From the sequence record NC_054914.1: a stretch of DNA of 64,000 nucleotides. One strand, written 5' to 3'. Below, in pieces: positions 1 through 10,855 of this stretch. The first letter of the stretch is position 1. Each line of letters starts with the position of its first letter. Source of the stretch: Escherichia phage vB_EcoM-fFiEco06. The translations under genes were made by a program, and so were the position numbers. Under the pieces are notes generated by a model. The model was not told the DNA's origin, did not search any database, and saw nothing but the letters and a program-made list of their open reading frames with translations.

Positions 1-1235
1 CTGCATTACTGCCAATTTATCCAGGTGGTGGTACTCGTGCATCTACTGCCAAGGCAGTATTTGGATATGGGCCGCAGACTGACTCACAGTACGCTATTAT
101 AGTTCGTCGAAATGATGCTATTGTTCAAAGCGTTGTTCTTTCAACTAAGTGTGGTGAAAAAGATATTTACGATAGTAACATCTATATCGATGACTTTTTC
201 GCAAAAGGTGGTTCAGAATATATTTTTGCAACTGCACAAAACTGGCCAGAAGGATTCTCTGGAATTTTAACTCTTTCTGGTGGATTATCATCAAATGCTG
301 AAGTTACAGCAGGAGATTTGATGGAAGCTTGGGACTTCTTTGCTGACCGTGAATCTGTTGACGTTCAACTGTTTATTGCGGGTTCTTGTGCCGGTGAATC
401 TTTAGAAACAGCATCTACTGTCCAAAAACACGTCGTTTCAATTGGAGATGCTCGCCAAGATTGCTTAGTATTGTGCTCACCACCGCGTGAAACTGTTGTT
501 GGAATTCCTGTAACTCGTGCAGTAGATAATTTAGTTAACTGGAGAACTGCGGCAGGTTCATATACTGATAATAACTTTAATATTAGTTCAACCTACGCAG
601 CAATTGATGGTAACTACAAATATCAGTATGACAAATATAATGATGTAAATCGTTGGGTTCCATTAGCAGCTGACATTGCTGGTTTATGCGCGAGAACTGA
701 TAACGTTTCTCAGACTTGGATGTCTCCAGCTGGTTATAATCGTGGTCAGATTCTTAACGTTATTAAACTTGCTATTGAAACTCGCCAAGCTCAGCGCGAC
801 CGTTTATATCAAGAAGCTATCAACCCAGTAACTGGTACAGGTGGTGATGGTTACGTATTGTATGGTGATAAAACAGCTACTTCTGTTCCTTCTCCATTTG
901 ATCGTATTAACGTTCGTCGTCTGTTTAATATGTTGAAAACGAATATCGGACGTAGTTCAAAATATCGTTTGTTCGAATTAAACAACGCGTTTACTCGTTC
1001 ATCATTCCGCACAGAAACTGCCCAATACTTACAGGGAATTAAAGCTCTCGGTGGAATTTATGAATATCGTGTAGTTTGCGATACAACAAATAACACTCCG
1101 TCAGTAATTGATAGAAATGAGTTTGTTGCAACATTCTACATTCAACCGGCTCGTAGTATAAATTATATCCAACTTAATTTCGTCGCAACTGCTACTGGTG
1201 CAGATTTTGATGAGTTAACTGGTCTTGCAGGTTAA
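1..1235 (+). CDS. 18: tail sheath protein gp18, C-terminal ~410 codons (5' end upstream of window; frame open from nt 3)
   Basis: Frame open from window edge to TAA 1233-1235; sits directly upstream of 19/20 in conserved T4 order. Confidence 0.85.
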   Translation, partial: ALLPIYPGGGTRASTAKAVFGYGPQTDSQYAIIVRRNDAIVQSVVLSTKCGEKDIYDSNIYIDDFFAKGGSEYIFATAQNWPEGFSGILTLSGGLSSNAEVTAGDLMEAWDFFADRESVDVQLFIAGSCAGESLETASTVQKHVVSIGDARQDCLVLCSPPRETVVGIPVTRAVDNLVNWRTAAGSYTDNNFNISSTYAAIDGNYKYQYDKYNDVNRWVPLAADIAGLCARTDNVSQTWMSPAGYNRGQILNVIKLAIETRQAQRDRLYQEAINPVTGTGGDGYVLYGDKTATSVPSPFDRINVRRLFNMLKTNIGRSSKYRLFELNNAFTRSSFRTETAQYLQGIKALGGIYEYRVVCDTTNNTPSVIDRNEFVATFYIQPARSINYIQLNFVATATGADFDELTGLAG

Positions 1236-1880
1236 TTGATTATGGGGCTTCGGCCCCTATTCTCGAGGAAACAAGTGATTATTTCTAAGTTTGTTACAAT
1301 AAAACCAAGAAATCATTCAAAAATGTGGTCGACAATTCTGGGATATAAAGTATCATATCATGATACAGTATCTGTTCCAATAGAATTAATGCCAAAGAAT
1401 AGTAATAAAATAGTTGACGCTAAATGTGATTTGTGTGGTATTAAATTTAGTAGAAGCATTCAGCTTTTAAATAGAACACCCACGCATGCATGTAGAAAAT
1501 GTAGCATTAAACAAGTTGCTATTAAAAATTCGGAAGTTCAATCTGGAATAAGTAGACCATGGCAAAGAGGTGATAAACATCCTCGATGGACTGGTAAAAG
1601 AAAAGAGTTTGCATTATATGCTAGTAGAGTTCATTCTATAACTAAGTCAGCTAAAATAAGAAAAATCTGGTCAAAATGGCCAAATGCTGATAAAATAGGA
1701 GTGTGTGGTGTAGAAGGTGCTTACCAGCTTGATCATAAGGTATCTATCAAATATGGATTTGATAATTTAATTCCGCCGGAAATTATAGCAAGCGTAAAAA
1801 ATTTAGAAATAATCACTTGGGAATCTAACCGAGAAAAGTCAAAAAGAAATAGCGTAGATCTTTGGGATTTACTAGAATGA
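1236..1880 (+). CDS. HNH-family endonuclease-like protein with N-terminal CxxC...CxxC zinc ribbon; probable free-standing homing endonuclease; start codon uncertain (TTG 1236, ATG 1242, GTG 1272 or ATG 1323)
   Basis: C-terminal motif YQLDHKVSIKYGFDNL...ITWESNREKSKRN (D-H...N...N) and CDLCG...CRKC seen in translation; ORF fills the gene 18/19 gap. Confidence 0.55.
   Translation: MIMGLRPLFSRKQVIISKFVTIKPRNHSKMWSTILGYKVSYHDTVSVPIELMPKNSNKIVDAKCDLCGIKFSRSIQLLNRTPTHACRKCSIKQVAIKNSEVQSGISRPWQRGDKHPRWTGKRKEFALYASRVHSITKSAKIRKIWSKWPNADKIGVCGVEGAYQLDHKVSIKYGFDNLIPPEIIASVKNLEIITWESNREKSKRNSVDLWDLLE
1244..1257 (+). terminator. GGGGC-UUCG-GCCCC tetraloop hairpin immediately after gene 18 stop
   Basis: Perfect 5-bp GC stem with UUCG loop read directly; weak U-tract. 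Confidence 0.6.
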
Positions 1881-1887
1881 TTCTAAA

Positions 1888-1905
1888 GGCCTGTTTCGGC
1901 AGGCC
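1888..1905 (+). terminator. hairpin GGCCTG-(TTTCGG)-CAGGCC downstream of HNH ORF
   Basis: 6-bp stem read directly; followed by AT-rich late promoter region. Confidence 0.45.
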
Positions 1906-1906
1906 A

Positions 1907-1914
1907 TATAAATA
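1907..1914 (+). promoter_or_regulatory. T4-type late promoter TATAAATA (distal copy upstream of gene 19)
   Basis: Exact TATAAATA match. Confidence 0.55.
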
Positions 1915-1965
1915 CACTATATCCTTAATTCTTTAATTCTATATGCCCTAGGTTAAACATAGGGA

Positions 1966-1973
1966 TATAAATA
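1966..1973 (+). promoter_or_regulatory. T4-type late promoter TATAAATA (proximal, 15 nt upstream of gene 19 ATG, SD GAGG)
   Basis: Exact TATAAATA followed by GAGG and ATG 1988. Confidence 0.7.
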
Positions 1974-1987
1974 CTACAGAGGCTAAT

Positions 1988-2479
1988 ATGTTTGTAGATG
2001 ATGTAACACGAGCGTTTGAATCTGGTGATTTTGCTCGACCTAACTTATTCCAAGTAGAAATTTCTTATCTTGGACAAAATTTTACATTCCAATGTAAAGC
2101 CACTGCTTTACCAGCTGGTATTGTAGAAAAAATTCCAGTCGGATTTATGAACCGTAAAATTAACGTAGCAGGCGATCGTACATTCGATGACTGGACTGTT
2201 ACAGTAATGAACGATGAAGCTCATGATGCTCGCCAGAAGTTTGTTGATTGGCAAAGCATTGCTGCTGGTCAAGGAAACGAAATTACTGGTGGAAAACCTG
2301 CAGAGTATAAAAAGAGCGCTATTGTTCGTCAATATGCTCGTGATGCTAAAACAGTAACAAAAGAAATTGAAATTAAAGGTCTGTGGCCTACTAACGTGGG
2401 TGAACTTCAATTAGATTGGGATTCAAACAATGAAATCCAAACCTTTGAAGTAACTCTTGCTCTCGATTATTGGGAATAA
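1988..2479 (+). CDS. 19: tail tube protein gp19 (163 aa)
   Basis: Length and position match T4 gp19; late promoter and RBS upstream. Confidence 0.9.
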   Translation: MFVDDVTRAFESGDFARPNLFQVEISYLGQNFTFQCKATALPAGIVEKIPVGFMNRKINVAGDRTFDDWTVTVMNDEAHDARQKFVDWQSIAAGQGNEITGGKPAEYKKSAIVRQYARDAKTVTKEIEIKGLWPTNVGELQLDWDSNNEIQTFEVTLALDYWE

Positions 2480-2485
2480 AATGAA

Positions 2486-2499
2486 TGGGGAGAAATCCC
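2486..2499 (+). terminator. GGGGA-GAAA-TCCCC hairpin after gene 19 (terminator or mRNA-stability hairpin)
   Basis: Stem-loop read directly; no strong U-tract. Confidence 0.4.
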
Positions 2500-2511
2500 C
2501 ATCCTGCTTAA

Positions 2512-4136
<1,625 letters not shown>

Positions 4137-4137
<1 letters not shown>

Positions 4138-4376
4138 TGGAAGGTTTAATTGAAGCTATTAAATCAAACGACCTCGTAGCCGCTCGTAAATTATTTGCTG
4201 AAGCCATGGCTGCAAGAACGACTGATTTAATTAAAGAAGAAAAAATCGCTATCGCTCGTAATTTCTTAATCGAAGGTGAAGAACCTGATGACGAGGATGA
4301 TGACGAAGACGAAGATAGTGATGATAAAGACGACAAAAAAGACAAAGACTCTGACGAAGACGAGGATGATGAATAA
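4137..4376 (+). CDS. 67: prohead core protein gp67 (acidic C-terminal tail)
   Basis: 79 aa, start overlaps gene 20 stop (TAATG); position and size as T4 gp67. Confidence 0.8.
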
Positions 4377-4801
4377 TGCTTCTGATCCCTGAAACTCATG
4401 AATTAGTTCTCGAGAATGTCGAAGCACTTATTCCTGAAGCACAGGGTCGCTTTGACGAATTGTCTTCTGCTTTAAATAAAGACGATATAAATACAATTGT
4501 CGAGAATATGCTTGATGATGAAACTGATTTAGCGGTTGCATTAGCTTCTATTAATGAAAATATGCCGTTAAATGAATTTATCGTTAAACATGTTTCTGCC
4601 CGTGGTGAAATTACTCGCACTAAAGATCGCAAAACCCGCGAACGTAATGCATTTCAAACTACCGGGTTGTCTAAAGCAAAACGTAGACAAATTGCTCGTA
4701 AAGCTACCAAAACGAAGATTGCCAATCCAGCAGGTCAATCTCGTGCTCAGCGTAAGCGTAAAAAAGCTCTTAAACGCCGTAAAGCATTAGGATTAAGCTA
4801 A
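4376..4801 (+). CDS. 68: prohead core protein gp68
   Basis: 141 aa, basic C-terminus; position between 67 and 21. Confidence 0.8.
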
Positions 4802-5439
4802 TGAATGAACCCCAATTACTAATTGAAACTTGGGGTCAACCTGGCGAAATTATTGATGGCGTACCAATGCTTGAATCTCATGATGGAAAAGACTTAGGTT
4901 TAAAACCGGGTTTATACATCGAAGGAATATTCATGCAAGCGGAAGTTGTCAATAGAAATAAACGTCTTTATCCAAAACGTATATTAGAAAAAGCGGTAAA
5001 AGACTATATTAATGAGCAAGTTTTAACTAAACAAGCTCTCGGAGAATTAAATCATCCTCCACGCGCTAATGTTGACCCGATGCAAGCCGCTATCATTATA
5101 GAAGATATGTGGTGGAAAGGAAATGACGTATACGGACGAGCTCGTGTTATTGAAGGTGACCACGGTCCTGGAGATAAATTAGCAGCTAATATTCGTGCCG
5201 GATGGATTCCAGGAGTTTCTTCTCGTGGATTAGGTTCATTGACTGACACAAATAAAGGTTATCGTATCGTAAACGAAGGATTCAAATTAACTGTAGGTGT
5301 TGATGCAGTATGGGGTCCAAGTGCTCCAGATGCATGGGTAACTCCTAAGGAAATTACCGAATCACAGACGGCTGAAGCCGATACAAGTGCCGATGACGCC
5401 TATATGGCTCTCGCAGAGGCCATGAAAAAAGCGTTATAA
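4801..5439 (+). CDS. 21: prohead core protease gp21
   Basis: 212 aa; length and position match T4 gp21. Confidence 0.9.
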   Translation: MNEPQLLIETWGQPGEIIDGVPMLESHDGKDLGLKPGLYIEGIFMQAEVVNRNKRLYPKRILEKAVKDYINEQVLTKQALGELNHPPRANVDPMQAAIIIEDMWWKGNDVYGRARVIEGDHGPGDKLAANIRAGWIPGVSSRGLGSLTDTNKGYRIVNEGFKLTVGVDAVWGPSAPDAWVTPKEITESQTAEADTSADDAYMALAEAMKKAL

Positions 5440-5442
5440 ATA
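5435..5442 (+). promoter_or_regulatory. late promoter TATAAATA for gene 22
   Basis: Exact match 28 nt upstream of ATG 5470. Confidence 0.65.
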
Positions 5443-5469
5443 TTATTATCTAAACAACAGGACTACAAA

Positions 5470-6279
5470 ATGCTTAAAGAACAACTGATTGCCGAAGCGC
5501 AGAAAATTGATGCTTCCGTTGCTCTTGATAGTATTTTCGAATCAGTTAATATTTCTCCGGAAGCAAAAGAAACTTTCGGCACTGTATTCGAAGCTACCGT
5601 CAAGCAGCACGCCGTTAAATTAGCTGAATCTCATATCGCTAAAATTGCTGAAAAAGCAGAAGAAGAAGTAGAAAAAAATAAAGAAGAAGCAGAAGAAAAA
5701 GCTGAGAAGAAAATCGCTGAGCAAGCTTCTAAATTCCTTGACCATCTTGCAAAAGAATGGCTCACTGAAAATAAATTAGCAGTAGATAAAGGTATCAAAG
5801 CCGAACTGTTTGAATCCATGCTTGGTGGATTGAAAGAGCTCTTCGTTGAACACAACGTTGTTGTTCCAGAAGAATCAGTTGATGTTGTAGCTGAAATGGA
5901 AGAAGAACTGCAAGAACATAAAGAAGAATCAGCTCGTCTGTTCGAAGAACTCAATAAGCGTGACGCATATATCAATTATGTGCAGCGTGAAGTGGCATTG
6001 AGCGAAAGTACTAAAGATCTGACTGAGTCTCAAAAAGAAAAAGTCTCTGCTCTGGTCGAAGGTATGGATTATTCAGATGCATTCTCAAGTAAATTGAGTG
6101 CAATCGTAGAAATGGTGAAGAAATCTAATAAAGATGAAAGCACTATTACTGAGAGTATAAATACTCCTGATACTGAAGCAGCCGGACTGAATTTCGTCAC
6201 TGAAGCTGTAGAAGATAAATCTGCACAAGGTGCAGAAGATATTGTAAGTGTATATGCGAAAGTCGCATCTCGTTTCTAA
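5470..6279 (+). CDS. 22: prohead core scaffold protein gp22
   Basis: 269 aa, Glu/Lys-rich coiled-coil-like protein; position upstream of 23. Confidence 0.85.
   Translation: MLKEQLIAEAQKIDASVALDSIFESVNISPEAKETFGTVFEATVKQHAVKLAESHIAKIAEKAEEEVEKNKEEAEEKAEKKIAEQASKFLDHLAKEWLTENKLAVDKGIKAELFESMLGGLKELFVEHNVVVPEESVDVVAEMEEELQEHKEESARLFEELNKRDAYINYVQREVALSESTKDLTESQKEKVSALVEGMDYSDAFSSKLSAIVEMVKKSNKDESTITESINTPDTEAAGLNFVTEAVEDKSAQGAEDIVSVYAKVASRF
6156..6163 (+). promoter_or_regulatory. late promoter TATAAATA inside 3' end of gene 22, candidate promoter for gene 23
   Basis: Exact TATAAATA ~135 nt upstream of gene 23 ATG. Confidence 0.55.
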
Positions 6280-6297
6280 TTTTAAAGGTTAACACAA

Positions 6298-7863
6298 ATG
6301 ACTATCAAAACTAAAGCTGAACTTTTGAACAAATGGAAGCCATTACTGGAAGGTGAAGGTTTACCGGAAATTGCTAATAGCAAACAAGCGATTATCGCTA
6401 AAATCTTTGAAAACCAGGAAAAAGATTTCCAGACAGCTCCGGAATATAAAGACGAAAAAATTGCTCAGGCATTCGGTTCTTTCTTAACAGAAGCTGAAAT
6501 CGGTGGTGACCACGGTTACAATGCTACCAACATCGCTGCAGGTCAGACTTCTGGAGCAGTAACTCAGATTGGCCCAGCTGTTATGGGTATGGTACGTCGT
6601 GCTATTCCTAACCTGATTGCTTTCGATATTTGTGGTGTTCAGCCAATGAACAGCCCGACTGGCCAGGTATTCGCACTGCGCGCAGTATATGGTAAAGACC
6701 CAATCGCTTCCGGTGCTAAAGAAGCATTCCACCCAATGTATGGTCCAGATGCAATGTTCTCTGGTCAGGGTGCTGCTAAGAAATTCGCTGCTTTGAAAGC
6801 AAGTGATACTCTTGAAGTCGGAACTATTTACACTCACTTCTTCCAGGAAACTGGTACAGTATATCTGCAAGCTACAGCAGCTAAACAAATTGATTCAGGC
6901 GCATCTGACGCAGACAAATTAGATGCTGAAATTAAGAAACAAATGGAAGCTGGTGTACTGGTAGAAATCGCTGAAGGTATGGCTACTTCTATCGCTGAAC
7001 TTCAAGAAGGTTTTAACGGTTCTACCGATAACCCGTGGAATGAAATGGGCTTCCGTATCGATAAACAAGTTATCGAAGCTAAATCTCGTCAGCTGAAAGC
7101 TGCTTACTCTATTGAATTAGCACAAGACCTCCGCGCTGTTCACGGTATGGATGCTGATGCTGAACTGTCTGGTATTCTGGCTACAGAAATTATGCTGGAA
7201 ATCAACCGTGAAGTTGTTGATTGGATTAACTACTCCGCTCAGGTTGGTAAATCTGGTATGACCCTGACTCCGGGTTCTAAAGCTGGTGTATTTGACTTCC
7301 AGGACCCAATCGATATTCGTGGTGCTCGCTGGGCAGGTGAATCCTTTAAAGCTCTGTTGTTCCAGATTGACAAAGAAGCAGTTGAAATTGCTCGTCAGAC
7401 TGGTCGCGGCGAAGGTAACTTCATTATCGCTTCCCGTAACGTAGTTAACGTTCTGGCTTCAGTTGATACCGGCATTTCTTATGCTGCACAAGGTCTGGCT
7501 ACTGGCTTTAACACTGATACTACCAAGTCAGTATTTGCTGGTGTTCTGGGTGGTAAATACCGTGTATATATCGACCAGTATGCTAAACAGGATTATTTCA
7601 CCGTAGGTTATAAAGGTCCGAACGAAATGGATGCTGGTATTTACTATGCTCCATATGTAGCTCTGACTCCGCTGCGTGGTTCTGATCCGAAGAACTTCCA
7701 ACCGGTAATGGGATTCAAAACTCGTTACGGTATCGGTATCAACCCATTTGCAGAATCCGCTGCTCAGGCTCCGGCTTCTCGCATCCAGAGCGGTATGCCT
7801 TCTATTCTGAATAGCCTTGGTAAAAACGCTTACTTTAGACGTGTATATGTTAAAGGTATCTAA
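6298..7863 (+). CDS. 23: major capsid protein gp23 (521 aa precursor)
   Basis: Sequence recognisable as T4 gp23 (MTIKTKAELLNKWKPLLEGEG...); length identical. Confidence 0.97.
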   Translation: MTIKTKAELLNKWKPLLEGEGLPEIANSKQAIIAKIFENQEKDFQTAPEYKDEKIAQAFGSFLTEAEIGGDHGYNATNIAAGQTSGAVTQIGPAVMGMVRRAIPNLIAFDICGVQPMNSPTGQVFALRAVYGKDPIASGAKEAFHPMYGPDAMFSGQGAAKKFAALKASDTLEVGTIYTHFFQETGTVYLQATAAKQIDSGASDADKLDAEIKKQMEAGVLVEIAEGMATSIAELQEGFNGSTDNPWNEMGFRIDKQVIEAKSRQLKAAYSIELAQDLRAVHGMDADAELSGILATEIMLEINREVVDWINYSAQVGKSGMTLTPGSKAGVFDFQDPIDIRGARWAGESFKALLFQIDKEAVEIARQTGRGEGNFIIASRNVVNVLASVDTGISYAAQGLATGFNTDTTKSVFAGVLGGKYRVYIDQYAKQDYFTVGYKGPNEMDAGIYYAPYVALTPLRGSDPKNFQPVMGFKTRYGIGINPFAESAAQAPASRIQSGMPSILNSLGKNAYFRRVYVKGI

Positions 7864-7877
7864 TCTTTGACGATTTA

Positions 7878-7895
7878 AGGGACCTTCGGGTCCCT
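7878..7895 (+). terminator. AGGGACC-UUCG-GGUCCCU hairpin with T-rich tail after gene 23
   Basis: 7-bp stem, UUCG loop, followed by TTAGTTGTTTTT. Confidence 0.75.
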
Positions 7896-7911
7896 TTAGT
7901 TGTTTTTATGG

Positions 7912-7919
7912 TATAAATA
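7912..7919 (+). promoter_or_regulatory. late promoter TATAAATA for gene 24
   Basis: Exact match ~28 nt upstream of ATG 7947. Confidence 0.7.
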
Positions 7920-7946
7920 AATCATATAAACCAAAAGGAAAGCGCA

Positions 7947-9230
7947 ATGGCTAAAATCAACGAACTTCTGCGCGAATCAACCACAACGAATAGCAACTCA
8001 ATCGGTCGCCCAAATCTCGTTGCTTTGACTCGCGCTACCACTAAATTAATATATTCTGACATTGTAGCAACGCAAAGAACTAATCAACCTGTTGCTGCTT
8101 TTTATGGTATCAAATACCTTAACCCGGATAACGAATTTACATTTAAAACTGGTGCTACTTACGCTGGCGAAGCTGGGTATGTAGACCGAGAACAAATCAC
8201 AGAATTAACAGAAGAGTCTAAATTAACTCTCAATAAAGGCGATTTATTCAAATATAATAATATCGTTTATAAAGTATTAGAAGATACACCATTTGCTGAT
8301 ATTGAAGAAAGCGATTTAGAATTAGCTCTTCAGATTGCAATCGTTCTTTTAAAGGTTCGTCTATTTTCTGATGCTGCAGTAACAAGCAAATTTGAAAACT
8401 CTGATAGCGAAATTGCGGATGCTAGATTCCAGATTAATAAATGGCAAACCGCAGTTAAATCTCGTAAACTTAAAACTGGTATCACAGTTGAATTAGCACA
8501 AGATTTAGAAGCAAATGGATTCGATGCTCCTAATTTCTTGGAAGATTTGCTTGCAACTGAAATGGCAGATGAAATCAATAAAGATATTCTGCAGTCTTTG
8601 ATTACAGTGTCAAAACGCTATAAAGTTACAGGAATTACTGATACTGGATTCATTGATTTGAGTTATGCATCTGCACCTGAAGCTGGTCGTTCATTATACC
8701 GAATGGTGTGTGAAATGGTTTCACATATCCAGAAAGAATCAACTTATACAGCAACGTTCTGTGTTGCTTCAGCTCGTGCCGCTGCGATTCTTGCTGCATC
8801 AGGTTGGTTAAAACATAAACCAGAAGATGACAAATATCTTTCACAAAATGCCTACGGGTTCTTAGCTAATGGTTTACCGCTTTATTGCGATACCAACAGT
8901 CCATTAGATTATGTAATCGTTGGCGTAGTAGAAAATATTGGTGAAAAAGAAATTGTTGGATCAATTTTCTATGCTCCGTATACAGAAGGTCTTGACTTAG
9001 ATGACCCTGAACATGTAGGTGCATTTAAAGTTGTAGTTGATCCAGAAAGTTTGCAGCCATCTATCGGTTTATTAGTTAGATATGCTTTATCTGCAAATCC
9101 TTACACTGTAGCAAAAGATGAAAAAGAAGCAAGAGTAATTGATGGTGGAGATATGGATAAAATGGCGGGTCGTTCAGATTTGTCTGTTTTATTAGGTGTT
9201 AAGCTACCAAAAATTATCATTGATGAATAA
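7947..9230 (+). CDS. 24: capsid vertex protein gp24 (427 aa)
   Basis: Length and position match T4 gp24. Confidence 0.9.
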   Translation: MAKINELLRESTTTNSNSIGRPNLVALTRATTKLIYSDIVATQRTNQPVAAFYGIKYLNPDNEFTFKTGATYAGEAGYVDREQITELTEESKLTLNKGDLFKYNNIVYKVLEDTPFADIEESDLELALQIAIVLLKVRLFSDAAVTSKFENSDSEIADARFQINKWQTAVKSRKLKTGITVELAQDLEANGFDAPNFLEDLLATEMADEINKDILQSLITVSKRYKVTGITDTGFIDLSYASAPEAGRSLYRMVCEMVSHIQKESTYTATFCVASARAAAILAASGWLKHKPEDDKYLSQNAYGFLANGLPLYCDTNSPLDYVIVGVVENIGEKEIVGSIFYAPYTEGLDLDDPEHVGAFKVVVDPESLQPSIGLLVRYALSANPYTVAKDEKEARVIDGGDMDKMAGRSDLSVLLGVKLPKIIIDE

Positions 9231-9233
9231 AAC

Positions 9234-9255
9234 AAAGGGACCGAAAGGTCCCTTT
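9234..9255. terminator. bidirectional hairpin AAAGGGACC-GAAA-GGTCCCTTT between convergent genes 24 and rnlB
   Basis: 9-bp stem flanked by A-tract and T-tract. Confidence 0.75.
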
Positions 9256-9259
9256 TTAT

Positions 9260-10264
9260 TTAACTTACCAATTCAATCCAAGCCGGACGAAGTACATCTT
9301 GTACCATTTTAACTAATTCCTTCTTAATCAAAGAAGGATTATCCGCTTGAGTTAGAGTAATACCTTCACGAGAAGTTTCTTCCAAAATATCTTGAACAGT
9401 TAGCCCCATCACCTTTCCAAAATCTTTTGGACCAATTTCACCAATTTTAGAAATAACGTTATTTACTCGGTTCAGTGTAACGTAACAAGCTAAAATTCCA
9501 ACCAATTTGTTATCAGCTTCTGACAGTTCAACTTTAGCTTTAATAGGCTTATCAGACTTTTTCTTTTCACTAAATTTAGAGTTCTTGCATTTGATAGCTA
9601 CGCGATTGCCATTAGGCATCCAAGAAGGATAACAAGGTTTCAATACATATCCTTCAGCGGTAAATACTTCGCCTTTTACTTCAGCATTCCAAACGCATTT
9701 ATTTGCATCAACTAATCCAGCATGGTCTACCGTAAAATTATAATCCTGGACGACAGAATCTAAATCATTTGGCAATTTAATAAGTTCTTCAAATTTACCG
9801 CGACCTAAAAGTGGAGCCATTTTAAATTTAAATGTATTGCAGAATGATTCCATCATATAATCATCGACATAAGTCACATCACCACTTTCTGTAGTAACAA
9901 TAATGTCAAATACATAAAAATCTTTATCGCCATAATCGACATTCTTCTGAATGCCAGATCCAGCGAATTCGCCAAAAACTTGATAAGATACAACCGCTGA
10001 AGTTTCCATAATATCTTGTACTGCTTTAATGGAATCAGAGTAATTCTTCAAAATAATTTCATACCCAAAGAAATCTTCAGCAGGAAGAATAGGACCAGTG
10101 CGTTTAGCGCAAGTTACTTTATCACGCTCAATAATCAATGAGAAATTTGTGCCGTGAATCTTTTCACGAGCTACCCACTCCCCACCAGTCAATCCCAAGC
10201 TATAAAGTTTTTCAATAAATTTAGAGTTGTAATGATTTTCAAGACTGCTATACTTTTTAAACAT
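9260..10264 (-). CDS. rnlB: RNA ligase 2 (334 aa)
   Basis: N-terminus [19 protein letters not shown] and KIHGTN nucleotidyl-transfer lysine motif; length matches T4 Rnl2. Confidence 0.9.
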   Translation of the reverse strand: MFKKYSSLENHYNSKFIEKLYSLGLTGGEWVAREKIHGTNFSLIIERDKVTCAKRTGPILPAEDFFGYEIILKNYSDSIKAVQDIMETSAVVSYQVFGEFAGSGIQKNVDYGDKDFYVFDIIVTTESGDVTYVDDYMMESFCNTFKFKMAPLLGRGKFEELIKLPNDLDSVVQDYNFTVDHAGLVDANKCVWNAEVKGEVFTAEGYVLKPCYPSWMPNGNRVAIKCKNSKFSEKKKSDKPIKAKVELSEADNKLVGILACYVTLNRVNNVISKIGEIGPKDFGKVMGLTVQDILEETSREGITLTQADNPSLIKKELVKMVQDVLRPAWIELVS

Positions 10265-10273
10265 AATTAATCC

Positions 10274-10552
10274 TCAAAATGTAATTTCTAACCAATCACC
10301 ATCACGCTGATCACTATTGACTTTAAAGCTAAATCCTTCTTTTCTCAGCCAATCACCAATTTCTTCAGTAATCAATTTATCGCGAGCAGTACAATAATAA
10401 CTAAAATATGTTTTACCTTGTTCAGCTGCTTTATTAGCAAGTTCCGAAAAATCTTTAATAAAACACTCTAGCTTAAACTGTTTACTTTTAAGTGCTTTTT
10501 CGCGTAATCGATTAGCAAAAGATTCATTTTCATAAAGATCATACTGTTCCAT
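10274..10552 (-). CDS. hypothetical protein (position of T4 24.2)
   Basis: 92-aa ORF in compact co-oriented array. Confidence 0.5.
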   Translation of the reverse strand: MEQYDLYENESFANRLREKALKSKQFKLECFIKDFSELANKAAEQGKTYFSYYCTARDKLITEEIGDWLRKEGFSFKVNSDQRDGDWLEITF

Positions 10553-10754
10553 TTTTCACCTTTTTATTGATATGTCTTTTTCTATAGACAACTTTTTCTC
10601 GAGTTTCAAATTTATTCTTAGCAGTCATAGCTCGAGCCCATAATACAGCCACTTCTTTCGCCTGTAAGTTTAATTCACGAGCAATTTCAATGAATGACTT
10701 TCCAGACTCATGAAGAGTAAACACCACAACCTCAGTTCTCATAATCAATCTCAT
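10539..10754 (-). CDS. hypothetical small protein with possible helix-turn-helix (position of T4 24.3)
   Basis: 71-aa ORF; segment GKSFIEIARELNLQAKEVAVLW looks HTH-like. Confidence 0.45.
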   Translation of the reverse strand: MRLIMRTEVVVFTLHESGKSFIEIARELNLQAKEVAVLWARAMTAKNKFETREKVVYRKRHINKKVKNGTV

Positions 10755-10822
10755 GTTATCGAGTTGATGCCATTATATACATCATTTTCTGAGTATGTTT
10801 TGTGTGCTTTCAAAATGAAGAA

Positions 10823-10836
10823 AGGGGCCGAAGCCC
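10823..10836 (-). terminator. GGGGC-UUCG-GCCCC hairpin plus U-tract downstream of hoc (minus strand)
   Basis: Reverse complement reads GGGGCTTCGGCCCCTTT. Confidence 0.7.
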
Positions 10837-10855
10837 CTTATGATTATGATTATGA

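Noticed and set aside
2108-2410. Antisense ORF inside gene 19
   Set aside because: Lies entirely within a confidently identified structural gene on the opposite strand; low-complexity translation; no RBS.
5631-5975. Antisense ORF inside gene 22
   Set aside because: Mirror of the Glu/Lys-rich scaffold coding sequence; no independent signals.
6484-6888. Antisense ORF inside gene 23
   Set aside because: Embedded in the major capsid gene on the opposite strand; Cys/Ser-rich nonsense-like translation.
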